A stretch of DNA of 64,000 nt from a virus: the IMG/VR virus record IMGVR_UViG_3300025141_000030. The stretch is one strand, 5' to 3'. The notes beneath the pieces were generated by a model. It was not told the DNA's origin. It worked only from the letters and a program-made list of their open reading frames with translations, and made no database searches. Shown here one piece after another: positions 63,850 through 64,000 of this stretch; within the stretch, counting starts at the first letter, position 1, and every line of letters starts with the position of its first letter. A program made the position numbers and the translations under genes.

Positions 63850-64000
63850 ATGGATTATAAGGATATCACTAAAAATATACGTGAGTCGATGGGACTCCCC
63901 AATGACGAGGCTGAGAAGGAAACGCTTACCGAGGCTTTTGTAGCCCAGCCTAAGAAGTTCGATCTCGGCACCGAGAAGCTCAGTCAAAAGACGAAGACAG
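63850..64000 (+). CDS. Partial CDS running off the window end
   Basis: ATG 63850 after GGAG; open to the end (MDYKDITKNIRESMGLP...TEKLSQKTKT). Confidence 0.55.
   Translation, partial: MDYKDITKNIRESMGLPNDEAEKETLTEAFVAQPKKFDLGTEKLSQKTKT

Noticed and set aside
1-64000. Alternative genetic code (stop-codon reassignment, seen in some large phages)
   Set aside because: Long conserved genes are uninterrupted in the standard code, and TAG, TAA and TGA each end genes right before the next start.
63850-64000. Terminal partial ORF as a superoxide dismutase-like protein
   Set aside because: Only 50 codons are visible and no metal-ligand motif falls in the window, so the resemblance is too weak to call.

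Overview
This window is a 64-kb segment of a large contractile-tailed (myovirus or jumbo-type) bacteriophage genome. Every credible gene is on the + strand, in the standard genetic code. Order: (1) 131-22637, neck and tail morphogenesis: neck/adaptor, tail terminator, two tandem tail-sheath paralogues, tail tube, a tail-assembly chaperone with a probable +1 programmed frameshift, a tape measure gene broken by a 122-bp tandem duplication, and baseplate-like genes. (2) 22687-32129, replication and recombination: a minimal family-A polymerase domain, gp32-like SSB, RecA/UvsX, a 5'-3' exonuclease, DnaB-like helicase, class II RNR and ClpP. (3) 32178-38665, a compact base-repair and nucleotide-remodelling cluster: MBD4-like glycosylase, zincless Fpg/Nei, two MazG/dUTPase-like domains, a HAD nucleotidase, a nucleoside deoxyribosyltransferase/N-hydrolase, type II glutamine synthetase, a catalytically divergent ThyX and a dNMP kinase. 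This is the best candidate for an undescribed system, possibly a modified-base pathway. (4) 38724-55113, a stand-alone IS607-like HTH with an adjacent operator-like site, followed by three giant Gly/Ser/Thr-rich fibre-like genes built from shared modules. (5) 55360-64000, a J-domain protein, DnaE, thymidine kinase, DHH phosphoesterase, dCMP deaminase and hypothetical proteins. Two recurring promoter-like motifs separate structural (late) genes from replication (early) genes. All product calls come from motif recognition by eye; no database search was run.
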